A stretch of DNA of 64,000 nucleotides, from positions 365,592-429,591 of the forward strand of contig CBDCSV010000001.1 of the NCBI GenBank assembly GCA_965221855.1. Reading direction: 5' to 3'. The notes below the pieces were generated by a model. That model saw nothing but the letters and a program-made list of their open reading frames with translations. It made no database searches and had not been told where the DNA came from. Of this stretch, positions 36,980 to 46,557 are shown piece by piece. The translations under genes were made by a program, and so were the position numbers. Source of the stretch: Rhodospirillales bacterium. Lineage in GTDB: Bacteria > Pseudomonadota > Alphaproteobacteria > Rhodospirillales > UBA2165. Numbering within the stretch: position 1 is the first letter of the stretch; every line of letters starts with the position of its first letter.

Positions 36980-38518
36980 ATGCGAAAACACCTCTTGCAT
37001 ACACCGAAGTCAAAGCTTCTCGCCCTGACGGCGATCACCGCTCTCGCGACCGGCACCATCGTCGGCGGGATCGCATTCGCCGACCAGTTGGACCGTAAAT
37101 CCGCGGCGAATTCCGCCGAAGCGGTGAAATCCATTCAGACGGCGTCCGTCCCGGCGATGCCGGTGAATATCGCCGATGTGGTGGAGCGGGTGAGCCCCGC
37201 CGTGGTCACCATCCGGGTCGAGAAACGGGCCGCCGGTCCGGCATTCTCGTCCGGCCGGGTGCCTCCCCAATTCGAAGAGTTCTTCCGGCGCTTCTTCGGC
37301 GAAGACGGAAGCCGGCAATTCGGAATGCCCGAGATGCCCCAATTCCGAGGCGAGCCGCGCGGTCACCGGGCCCAGGGGCTCGGCTCCGGCTTCATCATCG
37401 AAAAGGACGGGCTGATCGTCACCAACCATCATGTCATCGATGGCGCCGACGAAATCACGGTCGTCATGCATGACGGCAAGAAGTACGAGGCGAAGCTCAT
37501 CGGACAGGATGACAAGACCGATCTCGCGCTTTTGAAAATCGATGCCAAGCGCGATCTGCCGACGGTTTCGTTCGGATCGTCCGCGGATATGCGGGTCGGC
37601 GACTGGATCGTGACAATCGGCAATCCTCTCGGCGTCGGCAAGACGGCGACGATCGGAATTATCTCGGCCCGCGATCGCGACATCGGCGCGGGACCGTTCG
37701 ACGACTTCCTGCAGATCGATGCGCCGATCAACCAGGGCAATTCCGGCGGTCCGGCCTTCAACCTGCGGGGCGAGGTGATCGGGGTAAATACCGCCATCTT
37801 CTCGCCGTCGGGCGGCAACGTGGGTATCGGGTTTGCCATTCCCTCGTCGCTCGCCGAGACCGTCATCGAAGACTTGAAGGACGATGGGCGGGTCCAGCGG
37901 GGCTGGCTCGGCGTCCACATCCAGGCCGTCACCGAAGAACTGGCGGCGAGCCTCGATCTCGAAGAAGCCGCCGGCGCGCTGGTGTCCCGGGTGACCGATG
38001 ACAGCCCGGCGGACAAGGCCGGACTGAAGCGCGGCGACGTGATCCTGGAGGTCAACGACAAGACCGTCGAGCGCCTCAAGGATCTGCCCCGGATCATTGG
38101 TTCCCTGCAGGCCGGGGACGAGGCCGAGATGGAAATCTGGCGCGACGGCCGGAAGCTTGACATGGAGGTGCGTATCGGAAGCTCGCCCGATGCCGAACCG
38201 GTTGCCAAGGCGAAGACCGGCGATGCGCTGGGCCTCGGGTTGGCGGCGCTGGACCCCGAGACCCGCCGCGCCTTCGGGCTGGACCGGGATACCAAAGGCG
38301 TCGTGATCACCGCCATCGAGCCCGGCAGCCCCGCGGCGCGCAAAGGCCTCGGCCGGGGCGACGTGATCGTCTCGGTCGCCGGCCAAGCGGTCGAAACCCC
38401 GCGAGATGTCGCCGATGCGATTGAGCGGGCGGGGGCCGTCGACCGGTCCGCTGTGCTGCTGCTCGTGGAGCGGCGCGGCAATGAGCGCTTCGTCGCGCTG
38501 CCCCTCGGCAACGCCTGA
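36980..38518 (+). CDS. degP: Periplasmic serine endoprotease DegP/HtrA (Do family) with two PDZ domains
   Basis: 512-aa ORF. Signal/anchor LLALTAITALATGTIVGGIAFA. Catalytic residues in TNHHVI, DLALLKI and GNSGGPAF. Two PDZ-like regions. Confidence 0.88.
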   Translation: MRKHLLHTPKSKLLALTAITALATGTIVGGIAFADQLDRKSAANSAEAVKSIQTASVPAMPVNIADVVERVSPAVVTIRVEKRAAGPAFSSGRVPPQFEEFFRRFFGEDGSRQFGMPEMPQFRGEPRGHRAQGLGSGFIIEKDGLIVTNHHVIDGADEITVVMHDGKKYEAKLIGQDDKTDLALLKIDAKRDLPTVSFGSSADMRVGDWIVTIGNPLGVGKTATIGIISARDRDIGAGPFDDFLQIDAPINQGNSGGPAFNLRGEVIGVNTAIFSPSGGNVGIGFAIPSSLAETVIEDLKDDGRVQRGWLGVHIQAVTEELAASLDLEEAAGALVSRVTDDSPADKAGLKRGDVILEVNDKTVERLKDLPRIIGSLQAGDEAEMEIWRDGRKLDMEVRIGSSPDAEPVAKAKTGDALGLGLAALDPETRRAFGLDRDTKGVVITAIEPGSPAARKGLGRGDVIVSVAGQAVETPRDVADAIERAGAVDRSAVLLLVERRGNERFVALPLGNA

Positions 38519-38526
38519 TACTGCCT

Positions 38527-38578
38527 CGGGACGGGGTAGACGGTGTCCGGCGCCCGATTGGGGCCGGGCACCGTCCCG
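38527..38578 (+). terminator. Long imperfect hairpin after degP (possible terminator/attenuator)
   Basis: Outer arms CGGGACGG / CCGTCCCG with inner TGTCCGGC / GCCGGGCA pairing, then TT. No strong U tract. Confidence 0.25.
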
Positions 38579-38645
38579 TTCGAGCCCAGGTGAAATCCGC
38601 CGAAATTTGAACTACCTTAGTCTCGCCCGAAGAATGAGAGCCGCC

Positions 38646-39323
38646 ATGCGAATTTTGGTGATCGAGGATGATCTGGAAGCCGCCGGCTACATGCGGCGGG
38701 GCCTGTCCGAGAGCGGTCATGTGGTTGATCATGCCGCCGACGGCGAGGAGGGCTATGCCCTGGCGGCCGGGGGAGGCTACGACGTCCTTGTGGTCGACCG
38801 CATGCTGCCCAGAATGGACGGCCTGAGCGTGGTCAACCGGCTGCGCGCCGAAGGCATGGACGAGCCCATCCTGTTCCTGAGCGCCCTCGGCGACGTCGAC
38901 GACCGGGTCAAGGGACTGAAGGCCGGCGGCGACGATTATCTCGTAAAGCCCTATGCGTTCGCCGAACTGTTGGCGCGGATCGAGGCGCTCGTCCGGCGCC
39001 GCAATCCCGAGCAGGTGGAAACCCAACTGTCCGTCGCCGATCTGGAAATGGATTTGCTGAGCCGCCGGGTCAGGCGTGCGGGCGTGGAGCTCGCCCTGCA
39101 GCCCCGGGAGTTCCGGCTCCTGGAGTACCTCATGCGCCATGCCGGCCAGACGGTGACGCGGACCATGCTGCTGGAGAACGTCTGGGACTATCATTTCGAT
39201 CCCCAGACCAACGTTATCGATGTCCATGTCAGCCGGTTGCGGGCCAAGATCGACAAGGACTTCGGCCGACAACTCCTCCATACGGTCCGGGGGGCGGGGT
39301 ATTGTCTTCGTGAACCTTCCTAA
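38646..39323 (+). CDS. OmpR-family two-component response regulator
   Basis: MRILVIEDD...VLVVDRMLPRMDG...DDYLVKPYAF receiver domain plus a winged-helix C-terminus (LTPREFRLLEYLMRHAG...VRGAGYCL). ATG 38634 is an alternative start. Confidence 0.88.
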   Translation: MRILVIEDDLEAAGYMRRGLSESGHVVDHAADGEEGYALAAGGGYDVLVVDRMLPRMDGLSVVNRLRAEGMDEPILFLSALGDVDDRVKGLKAGGDDYLVKPYAFAELLARIEALVRRRNPEQVETQLSVADLEMDLLSRRVRRAGVELALQPREFRLLEYLMRHAGQTVTRTMLLENVWDYHFDPQTNVIDVHVSRLRAKIDKDFGRQLLHTVRGAGYCLREPS

Positions 39324-40689
39324 GCTGTTCAAGACGTCGACCTTCCGGCTGTCGCTGATCTACCTGTCGGTGTTCGGCGCCTCGGTTCTGTTGCTGCTTG
39401 GCTTCATCTATTGGTCGACCGCCCGGCTCACCACGTCGCAGACCGACGAGACCATCGCCGCGGAGATTACCGGCCTCGCGGAACAGTATCGCCGGTCGGG
39501 GCTGGTGGGGCTCGCCGATGTCGTCCGGGAGCGCAGCCGCAATCAGCGCCAGAGCCTCTACCTGCTGACCGACGGCAACCGGTTCGTGATTGCCGGGAAC
39601 CTGAACGCCTGGCCCGAGGCGGAGACCCAGCCGGGGGGATGGCTGGAATTTCCCTATCGGCGGCCCATCGGGGGCAGGGTCGAAACTCATCCGGCCCGCG
39701 CGCGGCACCTGATCGTTCCCGGTGAATTTCAGCTGCTGGTCGGCCGGGACATTCACGGCCAATCCGAGGTTATCGAGTTCATCCGCACCTCGCTGGCATG
39801 GGCGCTGGCGTTGACCTTGGCGCTGGGCTTGGCGGGCGGCATTCTCATGAGCCGCAACCTGCTGCGCCGCGTAGAGGTCATCAACCGGATCAGCCGGGAA
39901 ATCATGGCCGGCGAATTGGATCAGCGAATCCCGGTCCGGGGCGCCAACGACGAGTTGGACCAACTGGCGCTCAACCTCAACGAGATGCTCGACCAGATCG
40001 AGCGGCTGGTGAACAGCCTCCGCGAGGTTACCGACAATATCGCCCACGATCTTCGCAGTCCCTTGAACCGGCTCAGAAGCCGTCTCGAGGTTACGCTCAT
40101 GGGCGGGGGGAGCGCGGAACAGTTCCGCGACGCGCTCGAGGCGACGATCTCCGAAGCCGATGAACTTCTGGCCACCTTCAACGCTTTGCTGGACATCGCC
40201 AAGGCCGAGGCGGGGCAACTGGAGATTTCGCTGGAGACGATCGACCTCGGCCCGTTCATCGACGATCTCGCCGAACTCTATGAGCCGGCGGCGGCGGAGA
40301 AGGGCCTCGGCCTCTCGGCGGCGGTTCACGGGAAAATCGGCTTCGCGGGTGACCGGCAACTCCTGTCCCAGGCGCTGGCCAATCTCATCGACAACGCCAT
40401 CAAGTATTCGGAAACCGGCGGCGCCGTCGTGATTCGCGCCGACCGGTCCGGGGACGCAGTCGAAATCTCGGTGACCGATTCGGGCCCGGGAATTCCCGAA
40501 AACGACCGCGAACGGGTAACCCAGAGATTTGTCCGGCTCGAAGCCAGCCGCAACAGTACCGGCAGCGGCCTGGGCCTGAGTTTGGTCCGCGCAATCGCTC
40601 ACCTGCACGATGGCGAACTGTGCCTCGAAGATGCCCGGCCCGGTGTGCGGGCGTCCCTGCGTCTCCCGTCTCGAAACCCCGAAGAATGA
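39310..40689 (+). CDS. Sensor histidine kinase (2 TM, HAMP, HisKA, HATPase_c)
   Basis: GTG 39310 overlaps the regulator gene by 14 nt. H-box NIAHDLRSPLN, N-box NLIDNAIKY, G-boxes DSGPGIP and GSGLGLSLV. Confidence 0.85.
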   Translation: MNLPKLFKTSTFRLSLIYLSVFGASVLLLLGFIYWSTARLTTSQTDETIAAEITGLAEQYRRSGLVGLADVVRERSRNQRQSLYLLTDGNRFVIAGNLNAWPEAETQPGGWLEFPYRRPIGGRVETHPARARHLIVPGEFQLLVGRDIHGQSEVIEFIRTSLAWALALTLALGLAGGILMSRNLLRRVEVINRISREIMAGELDQRIPVRGANDELDQLALNLNEMLDQIERLVNSLREVTDNIAHDLRSPLNRLRSRLEVTLMGGGSAEQFRDALEATISEADELLATFNALLDIAKAEAGQLEISLETIDLGPFIDDLAELYEPAAAEKGLGLSAAVHGKIGFAGDRQLLSQALANLIDNAIKYSETGGAVVIRADRSGDAVEISVTDSGPGIPENDRERVTQRFVRLEASRNSTGSGLGLSLVRAIAHLHDGELCLEDARPGVRASLRLPSRNPEE

Positions 40690-40704
40690 CCGTATACTCC
40701 GCAC

Positions 40705-41607
40705 ATGACCGGCGAGCTCAAATTCCGGCGCGGCTTCGATGCCGAGTATGCGGTGATCGAGACGGTTTCGCCGTTGATCCGGCGCATCGTCGCCCGTAAT
40801 CCCGGCCCGTTTACCTACAAGGGGACGGGCACCTACATCGTCGGCCATGGAGAGGTGGCGATCATCGATCCCGGCCCGGACCTGGAGGAACATATCGACG
40901 CCCAGCTGAGGGCGCTTTCCGGCGAGACCGTGTCGCACATCGTCGTCACCCATACGCACCACGATCATTCCCCGGCGGCCGGACCCGTGCAGGAGGCGAC
41001 GGGCGCCATGACCTATGCCTACGGCCCCCACGGTTCGGGCCAGACCGGGGACAGCCCGACCCTGGAGGAAGGAGGAGACCGGGACTTCATCCCCGATGTG
41101 GAGGTCCGTGACGGCGATGTCATCGAGGGAGAGGGGTGGAGCCTGGAATGCGTCTTCACGCCGGGCCATACCTCGAACCACATGTGTTACGCGCTCCGGG
41201 AAGAGAACGCGCTGTTTCCCGGCGACCATGTGATGGGCTGGTCGACCACCGTCGTCTCCCCGCCGGATGGCGACATGGGCGCTTATATGGCGAGTCTTCA
41301 GCGTCTCGCCGAACGGGATGAAGCCGTCTATTGGCCGACCCACGGCCATCCCGTGGAAAACCCGAGGCCGTACGTCCGGGCGTTGATCGGCCACCGCCGG
41401 CAGCGGGAGACCCAGATCGCCATGTGTATCGAACAGGGGTTGAATCAAATCCCCGAGATGGTTACTTCCATGTACCAGGGGCTCGATGAGCGGCTTGTTC
41501 CCGCGGCCCGGCGTTCGGTTCTCGCCCACATCATCCATATGGTCGACACGGGCCGGCTGGTTTCCGCGGGAGAAGTTTCGCCGGATGGGGAATACCGACT
41601 GGCGTAA
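40705..41607 (+). CDS. MBL-fold metallo-hydrolase (LACTB2-like with C-terminal winged-helix)
   Basis: VVTHTHHDHSPAAG (HxHxDH), later TPGHTSNH and DHVMGW. Confidence 0.78.
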   Translation: MTGELKFRRGFDAEYAVIETVSPLIRRIVARNPGPFTYKGTGTYIVGHGEVAIIDPGPDLEEHIDAQLRALSGETVSHIVVTHTHHDHSPAAGPVQEATGAMTYAYGPHGSGQTGDSPTLEEGGDRDFIPDVEVRDGDVIEGEGWSLECVFTPGHTSNHMCYALREENALFPGDHVMGWSTTVVSPPDGDMGAYMASLQRLAERDEAVYWPTHGHPVENPRPYVRALIGHRRQRETQIAMCIEQGLNQIPEMVTSMYQGLDERLVPAARRSVLAHIIHMVDTGRLVSAGEVSPDGEYRLA

Positions 41608-41657
41608 GTCATTTATCAGCGGGGCGGTCACCCACTGTTGCTGATGGAGAGCGCGCG

Positions 41658-42140
41658 ATGAAGAAGATTATCTTGTGGTTCCTTTTGGGCGGCGTCGCCG
41701 GCACCGGTTTCGGATTTGCGGTCGGCATCTTCGTGTTCCCGTACCTATTCCAGTCTGAAATAGTTGCCGACGAAGCCATAGCCGGCACCAAGGCGGTGGT
41801 CGCGACCGGCACGTTCGTTCACGCAAATCCCTCCGATCCGTTCCATTTCGGCTCCGGCAAGGTGACGGTATTCGCCGACGAGGTTCACCTGGGCAAGGAT
41901 TTCAACGTCGGCCCCGGGCCGAAGTACCACGTCTATTTGTCGAAGGCGGCCGGCATCAAACGCTCGGCGGACGTCAAGAACGCCGAGTATTTCGACCTCG
42001 GCGGGCTTCGCGCCTTCAAGGGCAGCCAGAACTACGCCATCCCCGCCTCGGTGAACCTGAAGGACTTCAAGAGCGTCGTCATCTGGTGCGAGGCCTTCGG
42101 CGTCTTGATCTCGCCGGCCATGCTGGACTTCAATAGCTGA
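41658..42140 (+). CDS. DM13 domain-containing protein with N-terminal membrane anchor
   Basis: 160-aa ORF. MKKIILWFLLGGVAGTGFGFAVGIFVF, then GKVTVFADEVHLGKDFNVGPGPKYHVYL...SVVIWCEAFGVLISPA. Confidence 0.65.
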   Translation: MKKIILWFLLGGVAGTGFGFAVGIFVFPYLFQSEIVADEAIAGTKAVVATGTFVHANPSDPFHFGSGKVTVFADEVHLGKDFNVGPGPKYHVYLSKAAGIKRSADVKNAEYFDLGGLRAFKGSQNYAIPASVNLKDFKSVVIWCEAFGVLISPAMLDFNS

Positions 42141-42237
42141 CCGAGCGACGGACAACCGGGGCGGCCCAATATGGGCGGCCGCCCGCGGGTGCTAATGTCC
42201 GCCGCGAACAACGGTCGTTCATCATGGGTGGGGAAAA

Positions 42238-43233
42238 ATGGCTATTGTAGGTGTCGATCGCGTGGTCTTCGGCGTCGAGAGCATGAAGAAGGCGCGGCAG
42301 TTCTATACCGACTTCGGGCTCAAGAAGATCAAGAGTTCGCCGAAGCATTCGATCTACGAAGCGTCCAATAAATCCCGCGTCGAGATCTTCCCGCGGACGG
42401 CGAAGCACCTGCCGCCGGCCTTCGAGAAGGGCTCCACCATCCGGATTCTGGTCTGGGGCGTCGATACCCGGGACAACCTGAAGGCGCTCAAGGCCAATCT
42501 CGCAAGGGATCACGAAATCACCGAAGACAAGGACGGCACGTTCTATGTGACCGATCCGATGGGATTGTGCCTCGGCTTCCGGGTCAGCCGGCGGATCAAC
42601 GTGAAGCCCGTGATCATTCCGATGAACGGTCCGGAAAACGTCCACCGGGTCGACGAGCGCGCGATCTATTACGACCGCGCCAAACCGGTGGGAATTGGCC
42701 ACATCGTCTTCAATGTCCCCGACCTGAAGGCGATGGAGAACTTTTACCGCAAGCGGCTGGGATTCCACCTCACCGACCGCTACACGGGCCGCGGCGTGTT
42801 TCTCCGCTCGGCCATCCGCGCCGGACACCATCAGGTGTTTTTCCTTCACGACGATGCGCCGGGCCTCAACCATCTGGCCTTCGCGGTGCGCGACGTCAGC
42901 GAGATGATCGGCGGCGGCCAGTATATGCAGAAGAACGGCTGGGAAACCGCCGTCGGACCCGGCCGGCATATCGTCTCGTCGTGCTACTTCTGGTATGTCC
43001 AGAGCCCCGTCGGCGCCCCCAACGAATATTTCTGCGATGAGGACTTCTGCACCGAGAACTGGAAGCCCAAGAGCTACGACCCCCATCCCGATACCTTCGC
43101 CGAGTGGTTCCTGACCGGCTTGCCCAAGGGCAAGCGTCTGCCGCCCACCCGGACCAAGAAGGATGTGAACGAGGCCAAGGGCCGCGTTTCACGGGTCAAG
43201 GCGGCGCGGAAACAGTCCGAGGTCAGAGGCTAG
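42238..43233 (+). CDS. VOC family protein (glyoxalase / extradiol dioxygenase fold, two modules)
   Basis: 331-aa ORF. MAIVGVDRVVFGVESMKKARQFYTDFG and GIGHIVFNVPDLKAMENFYRKRLGF are repeated beta-alpha-beta-beta-beta modules. Second-module HHQVFF and NHLAF. Confidence 0.7.
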   Translation: MAIVGVDRVVFGVESMKKARQFYTDFGLKKIKSSPKHSIYEASNKSRVEIFPRTAKHLPPAFEKGSTIRILVWGVDTRDNLKALKANLARDHEITEDKDGTFYVTDPMGLCLGFRVSRRINVKPVIIPMNGPENVHRVDERAIYYDRAKPVGIGHIVFNVPDLKAMENFYRKRLGFHLTDRYTGRGVFLRSAIRAGHHQVFFLHDDAPGLNHLAFAVRDVSEMIGGGQYMQKNGWETAVGPGRHIVSSCYFWYVQSPVGAPNEYFCDEDFCTENWKPKSYDPHPDTFAEWFLTGLPKGKRLPPTRTKKDVNEAKGRVSRVKAARKQSEVRG

Positions 43234-43366
43234 CCGGCGGTCGGCGCCTCGCCGGGCGGCAGATACCTCACCTGGCGCCCGCGATCGCTTGCGGGATGAA
43301 ACGGATATGGCGGCGTCCATGCGATCCGTGCTCGCCGAATCCGTCCCGGCCCGGTAAAACGCTTCC

Positions 43367-43825
43367 ATGAACGACACACCCCCTGCACCGGTCCCCAACC
43401 CCGCATTGCGAACCCGCGAGGGCTATGCGACGTGGGTCACCGAGCGAATCCGCTACAACGATCTCGACCCCAACAACCATGTCAACAACATCGCCATCAA
43501 CCAGTTCTTCGAGGACGGCCGGGTCGATTTTCGTATCGCCAAGATGCCCGGCGAGGCCGTGGATATTCTCGCCGGCTTCGTGGTTGTGAAGTTCACCGTG
43601 GAATATGTTTCGGAGTTGACCTACCCGGGTGAGGTGGATGTGGGAACCGTCGTCCTGCGGGTCGGCGGCAGTTCCTACACGATGGGGCAGGGGATATTTC
43701 AGGGAGACAAATGTATCGCCGTCGCCGAGACCGTCACCGTGTATGTGGATGGGGAGACCGGGAAGGCGTCGCGGATCGAGGGCGACCTGCGGACCGCGCT
43801 GGAGGACAACCTGCCGGCTTCCTAG
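43367..43825 (+). CDS. Acyl-CoA thioesterase, hotdog fold (4HBT/YbgC-like)
   Basis: 152-aa ORF. RIRYNDLDPNNHVNNIAINQFFEDGR carries the catalytic Asp context of the 4HBT family. Confidence 0.7.
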   Translation: MNDTPPAPVPNPALRTREGYATWVTERIRYNDLDPNNHVNNIAINQFFEDGRVDFRIAKMPGEAVDILAGFVVVKFTVEYVSELTYPGEVDVGTVVLRVGGSSYTMGQGIFQGDKCIAVAETVTVYVDGETGKASRIEGDLRTALEDNLPAS

Positions 43826-44619
43826 TCGATCGACCCGACACCGTTGCGCCGTTTGGCGGCCCGTTCCCGTGCCGCGTCCCCGAAGGCCTCGAACAGCTTT
43901 TTCGACAGTTCATGTTCGCCGGGCTTCCATTCGGCATGCCATTGCACACCGACGGCAAACGACTTGGCGCCGCCTAGGTTAATTCCTTCGATGACCCCGT
44001 CCGGCGATACGGCTTCCACCTCCAAGCCGTCCGCAAGCCGGTCCACGCCCTGACCGTGCAGCGAATTGACCATCACCTCGTCCTTGCCGACGAGGGTATG
44101 AAACAGGCCGCCGCTGGTCAGTTTGACGGTGTGTTTGGGACCCATGATTTCTTCGACGGTGACGTCGTCGTCCCGCGGCATCCGGTGGTCCTTCTTGCCG
44201 GGCAGCAAATGAATCCGGTAGTGCAGGCTTCCGCCGAGAGCGACGTTCATTTCCTGCAGGCCGCGGCAGGTTCCGAAGACCGGCACACCGGCATCGACGC
44301 AGCCGCGGATCAGCGGCAGGACCATGTTGTCCCGATCGGGATCGATGGGTTCGTCGTCGGGAAACGGCGGCCCTCCGTAGTGATGGGGCTCGATGTTCGC
44401 CCGCCCGCCGGAGAGCAGCAGTCCGTCGATCTGCGCGCAGGTCCCTTCGACGTCGAGGTCATGCGCGCGCGACGGCAGGAGAACCGGCATCGCTCCGGAG
44501 AACACTGCCGCCACCTCCGGGTAGTTCAGGCCGATGTAATGGGCCCGATGACGGCGGCTGGTAAGCTCCATCACGCTGGTGGGAATTCCGACGAGGGGTC
44601 TCGGCGCAGGGCTGGACAT
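43822..44619 (-). CDS. Class-I glutamine amidotransferase-like hydrolase, peptidase C26 (gamma-glutamyl-GABA hydrolase PuuD family)
   Basis: 265-aa ORF. Nucleophile elbow FGTCRGLQEMN. Late VQWHAEW. 4-nt convergent overlap with the thioesterase gene. Confidence 0.78.
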   Translation of the reverse strand: MSSPAPRPLVGIPTSVMELTSRRHRAHYIGLNYPEVAAVFSGAMPVLLPSRAHDLDVEGTCAQIDGLLLSGGRANIEPHHYGGPPFPDDEPIDPDRDNMVLPLIRGCVDAGVPVFGTCRGLQEMNVALGGSLHYRIHLLPGKKDHRMPRDDDVTVEEIMGPKHTVKLTSGGLFHTLVGKDEVMVNSLHGQGVDRLADGLEVEAVSPDGVIEGINLGGAKSFAVGVQWHAEWKPGEHELSKKLFEAFGDAARERAAKRRNGVGSID

Positions 44620-44668
44620 TCGATTTGGCTATCACTTCAGCGGGGGGGCGGCAAGCACTTGGCGGCTG

Positions 44669-45457
44669 TCAGGAGGGGTCGGGGGTGATCACCGTCTCGA
44701 TGGGGCCTTCGGCGCGGCTGTGGATGAACTGATCGAGATAGGGGTTGCCCGCGGCATCCACCTGATCCGTCGGTCCCTGCCAGATGATCCTGCCGTCATG
44801 GAGCATGGCGATACGGTCTGAAATCATCCGTGCGCCCGACATGTCCGACGTGATCGACAGCGTCGTGGCGCCGAGCCGGCGGACCCCGTCGAGGATCAAT
44901 TCGTTGATGATATTGCTCATGATCGGATCGAGACCGGCGGTGGGCTCGTCGAGGAAGACGATCTCCGGATCGCCGGCAATCGCCCGGGCGAACCCGACCC
45001 GCTTTTGCATGCCGCCCGAAAGTTCCGCCGGCAACAACTCGGCGACCTCCGGGTCCATTCCCACCTGGGAAAGCTTTTCCACCGCCAGCCGGCGCGCCTC
45101 GGTACGCGGCACCCGCCGGCCTTGAATCAGCCGGAAGGCGATATTCTCCCAAATGCTCAGGCTGTCGAACAGGGCGGACTGCTGAAACAGCACGCCGACC
45201 CGCCGCAATAGCTGCTCCCGCTCGTCGGGGGTAAGGCCGACGGTTTCCTCGCCGTCGATCTTGATCGACCCGGAATCGGGCGGGATCAATCCGACAATAC
45301 ACTTGAGCAGCAAGGTCTTGCCGCAGGCCGACGGGCCGACAAGCACCACCGACTCGCCGCCGCCGACCTCCAAATCGATGCCGCGCAGCACATGCTCGTC
45401 ACCGAAGCTTTTGGTCACGCCCTCGAGCTTGATCTTGGGATTTGCCGTTCCGTTCAC
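44669..45457 (-). CDS. ABC transporter ATP-binding protein (MlaF/Ttg2A-like), no cognate permease adjacent
   Basis: Walker A GPSACGKT, signature LSGGMQKR, Walker B IVFLDEPTAGLD; 262 aa. Confidence 0.8.
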   Translation of the reverse strand: MNGTANPKIKLEGVTKSFGDEHVLRGIDLEVGGGESVVLVGPSACGKTLLLKCIVGLIPPDSGSIKIDGEETVGLTPDEREQLLRRVGVLFQQSALFDSLSIWENIAFRLIQGRRVPRTEARRLAVEKLSQVGMDPEVAELLPAELSGGMQKRVGFARAIAGDPEIVFLDEPTAGLDPIMSNIINELILDGVRRLGATTLSITSDMSGARMISDRIAMLHDGRIIWQGPTDQVDAAGNPYLDQFIHSRAEGPIETVITPDPS

Positions 45458-45532
45458 TTGTCTGGTTTAGCGCGTTTCCCTGGTCATGACCATGGCCGCG
45501 CTTATCGGGATTTGTCCATCGGCCGGGCCGAA

Positions 45533-46426
45533 TTAATCGCGTTCCATGCCGGCCATATTCTCCAGTACCGCGCAGACCGAGGCGGTATCGCTGTTCTCCA
45601 ATCCCTGGGACAGCGCGGCCTTGTAGAGGTCGAGCGTCGCCTTGAATAACGGGGCGGGCGCGCCCACTCCGTCGATGAAAGCGTTGATGATCCCCATGTC
45701 CTTGTCCTGGGTGATCATGGTGGCGGACACTTTCGAATCGTAGTCGTTGGCCACCATCATCGGTCCCCGCATTTCCAGCATGCGGGAGTTCCCGGCGCCA
45801 TCCCGAAGGACGGCCAGCAAGGTCGCCGGGTCCAACCCCGCCTTTTGTCCCAACACCAATGCCTCGGCGGCCGACACGTTGTGGATGGCAACCAACAGGT
45901 TGGCGACGTATTTGGTCTTGGAGCCGTTGCCGAAGGCGCCGACATAGTGCGCGTTTCGCGAAAAGCTCTCGAGTATGGGTTTTGCCTTCCGGAAGGCCGT
46001 CTCGTCGCCGGACCCGAGTATGGCCAGATCGGCATTGGCGGCTTGCGCGCCGGTGCCGCTCACCGGACAGTCGAGCAGGATGACATCATGGGGCGCGAGG
46101 GCATCGAACGCCTTCTGCTTGTCCTCGACGGTGAGGGTGCAGGTGTCGGCGACCACCAGACCGGCCTTGCCCGACGACGCGAGACCGTTCTCCCCGGTCA
46201 TCACCGTGTGGAAGGCGGCCGGCGAGGGAAGGGAGGTGATCACCACGTCCGCCTGGCGGGCGACGTCGGCCGGAGACCCGGCCCGCGTCAGCCCCTCCTT
46301 GGCCAAGCCGTCCAGTTTGCCGTCATCGATGTCGTAGCCGATGACCCGGACGCCGTTTTTCATCATATTCCGGCTGAAGGCCGATCCCATGATACCCAAG
46401 CCGATGATGCCCGCCGATTGTCCCAT
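45533..46426 (-). CDS. NAD(P)-dependent oxidoreductase, 3-hydroxyisobutyrate / 6-phosphogluconate dehydrogenase-like (HIBADH family)
   Basis: MGQSAGIIGLGIMGSAFSRNMMKNG Rossmann motif. GAGGA lies 8 nt upstream of ATG 46426 (46435 is an alternative). Confidence 0.78.
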   Translation of the reverse strand: MGQSAGIIGLGIMGSAFSRNMMKNGVRVIGYDIDDGKLDGLAKEGLTRAGSPADVARQADVVITSLPSPAAFHTVMTGENGLASSGKAGLVVADTCTLTVEDKQKAFDALAPHDVILLDCPVSGTGAQAANADLAILGSGDETAFRKAKPILESFSRNAHYVGAFGNGSKTKYVANLLVAIHNVSAAEALVLGQKAGLDPATLLAVLRDGAGNSRMLEMRGPMMVANDYDSKVSATMITQDKDMGIINAFIDGVGAPAPLFKATLDLYKAALSQGLENSDTASVCAVLENMAGMERD

Positions 46427-46557
46427 TCCGTCCATCCTCGAAGTTCGATATGGCTTCAAATTCCGGCAATTAGCGTTCAATATTGGGCGAATGTCCACCC
46501 GAAGAAGGGTGGCGAAATATGGGACGCATGTGGACGGCCAGGTGGGAGCCTTGGGTC

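Noticed and set aside
39229-41631. 800-aa minus-strand ORF
   Set aside because: It is antisense to the histidine kinase and MBL hydrolase genes and has no motifs.
44669-45457. Orphan MlaF-like ABC ATPase as part of a novel system
   Set aside because: The sequence is canonical. The absence of mlaE/mlaD neighbours may simply mean the partners are encoded elsewhere. Nothing in the flanks suggests a functional unit.
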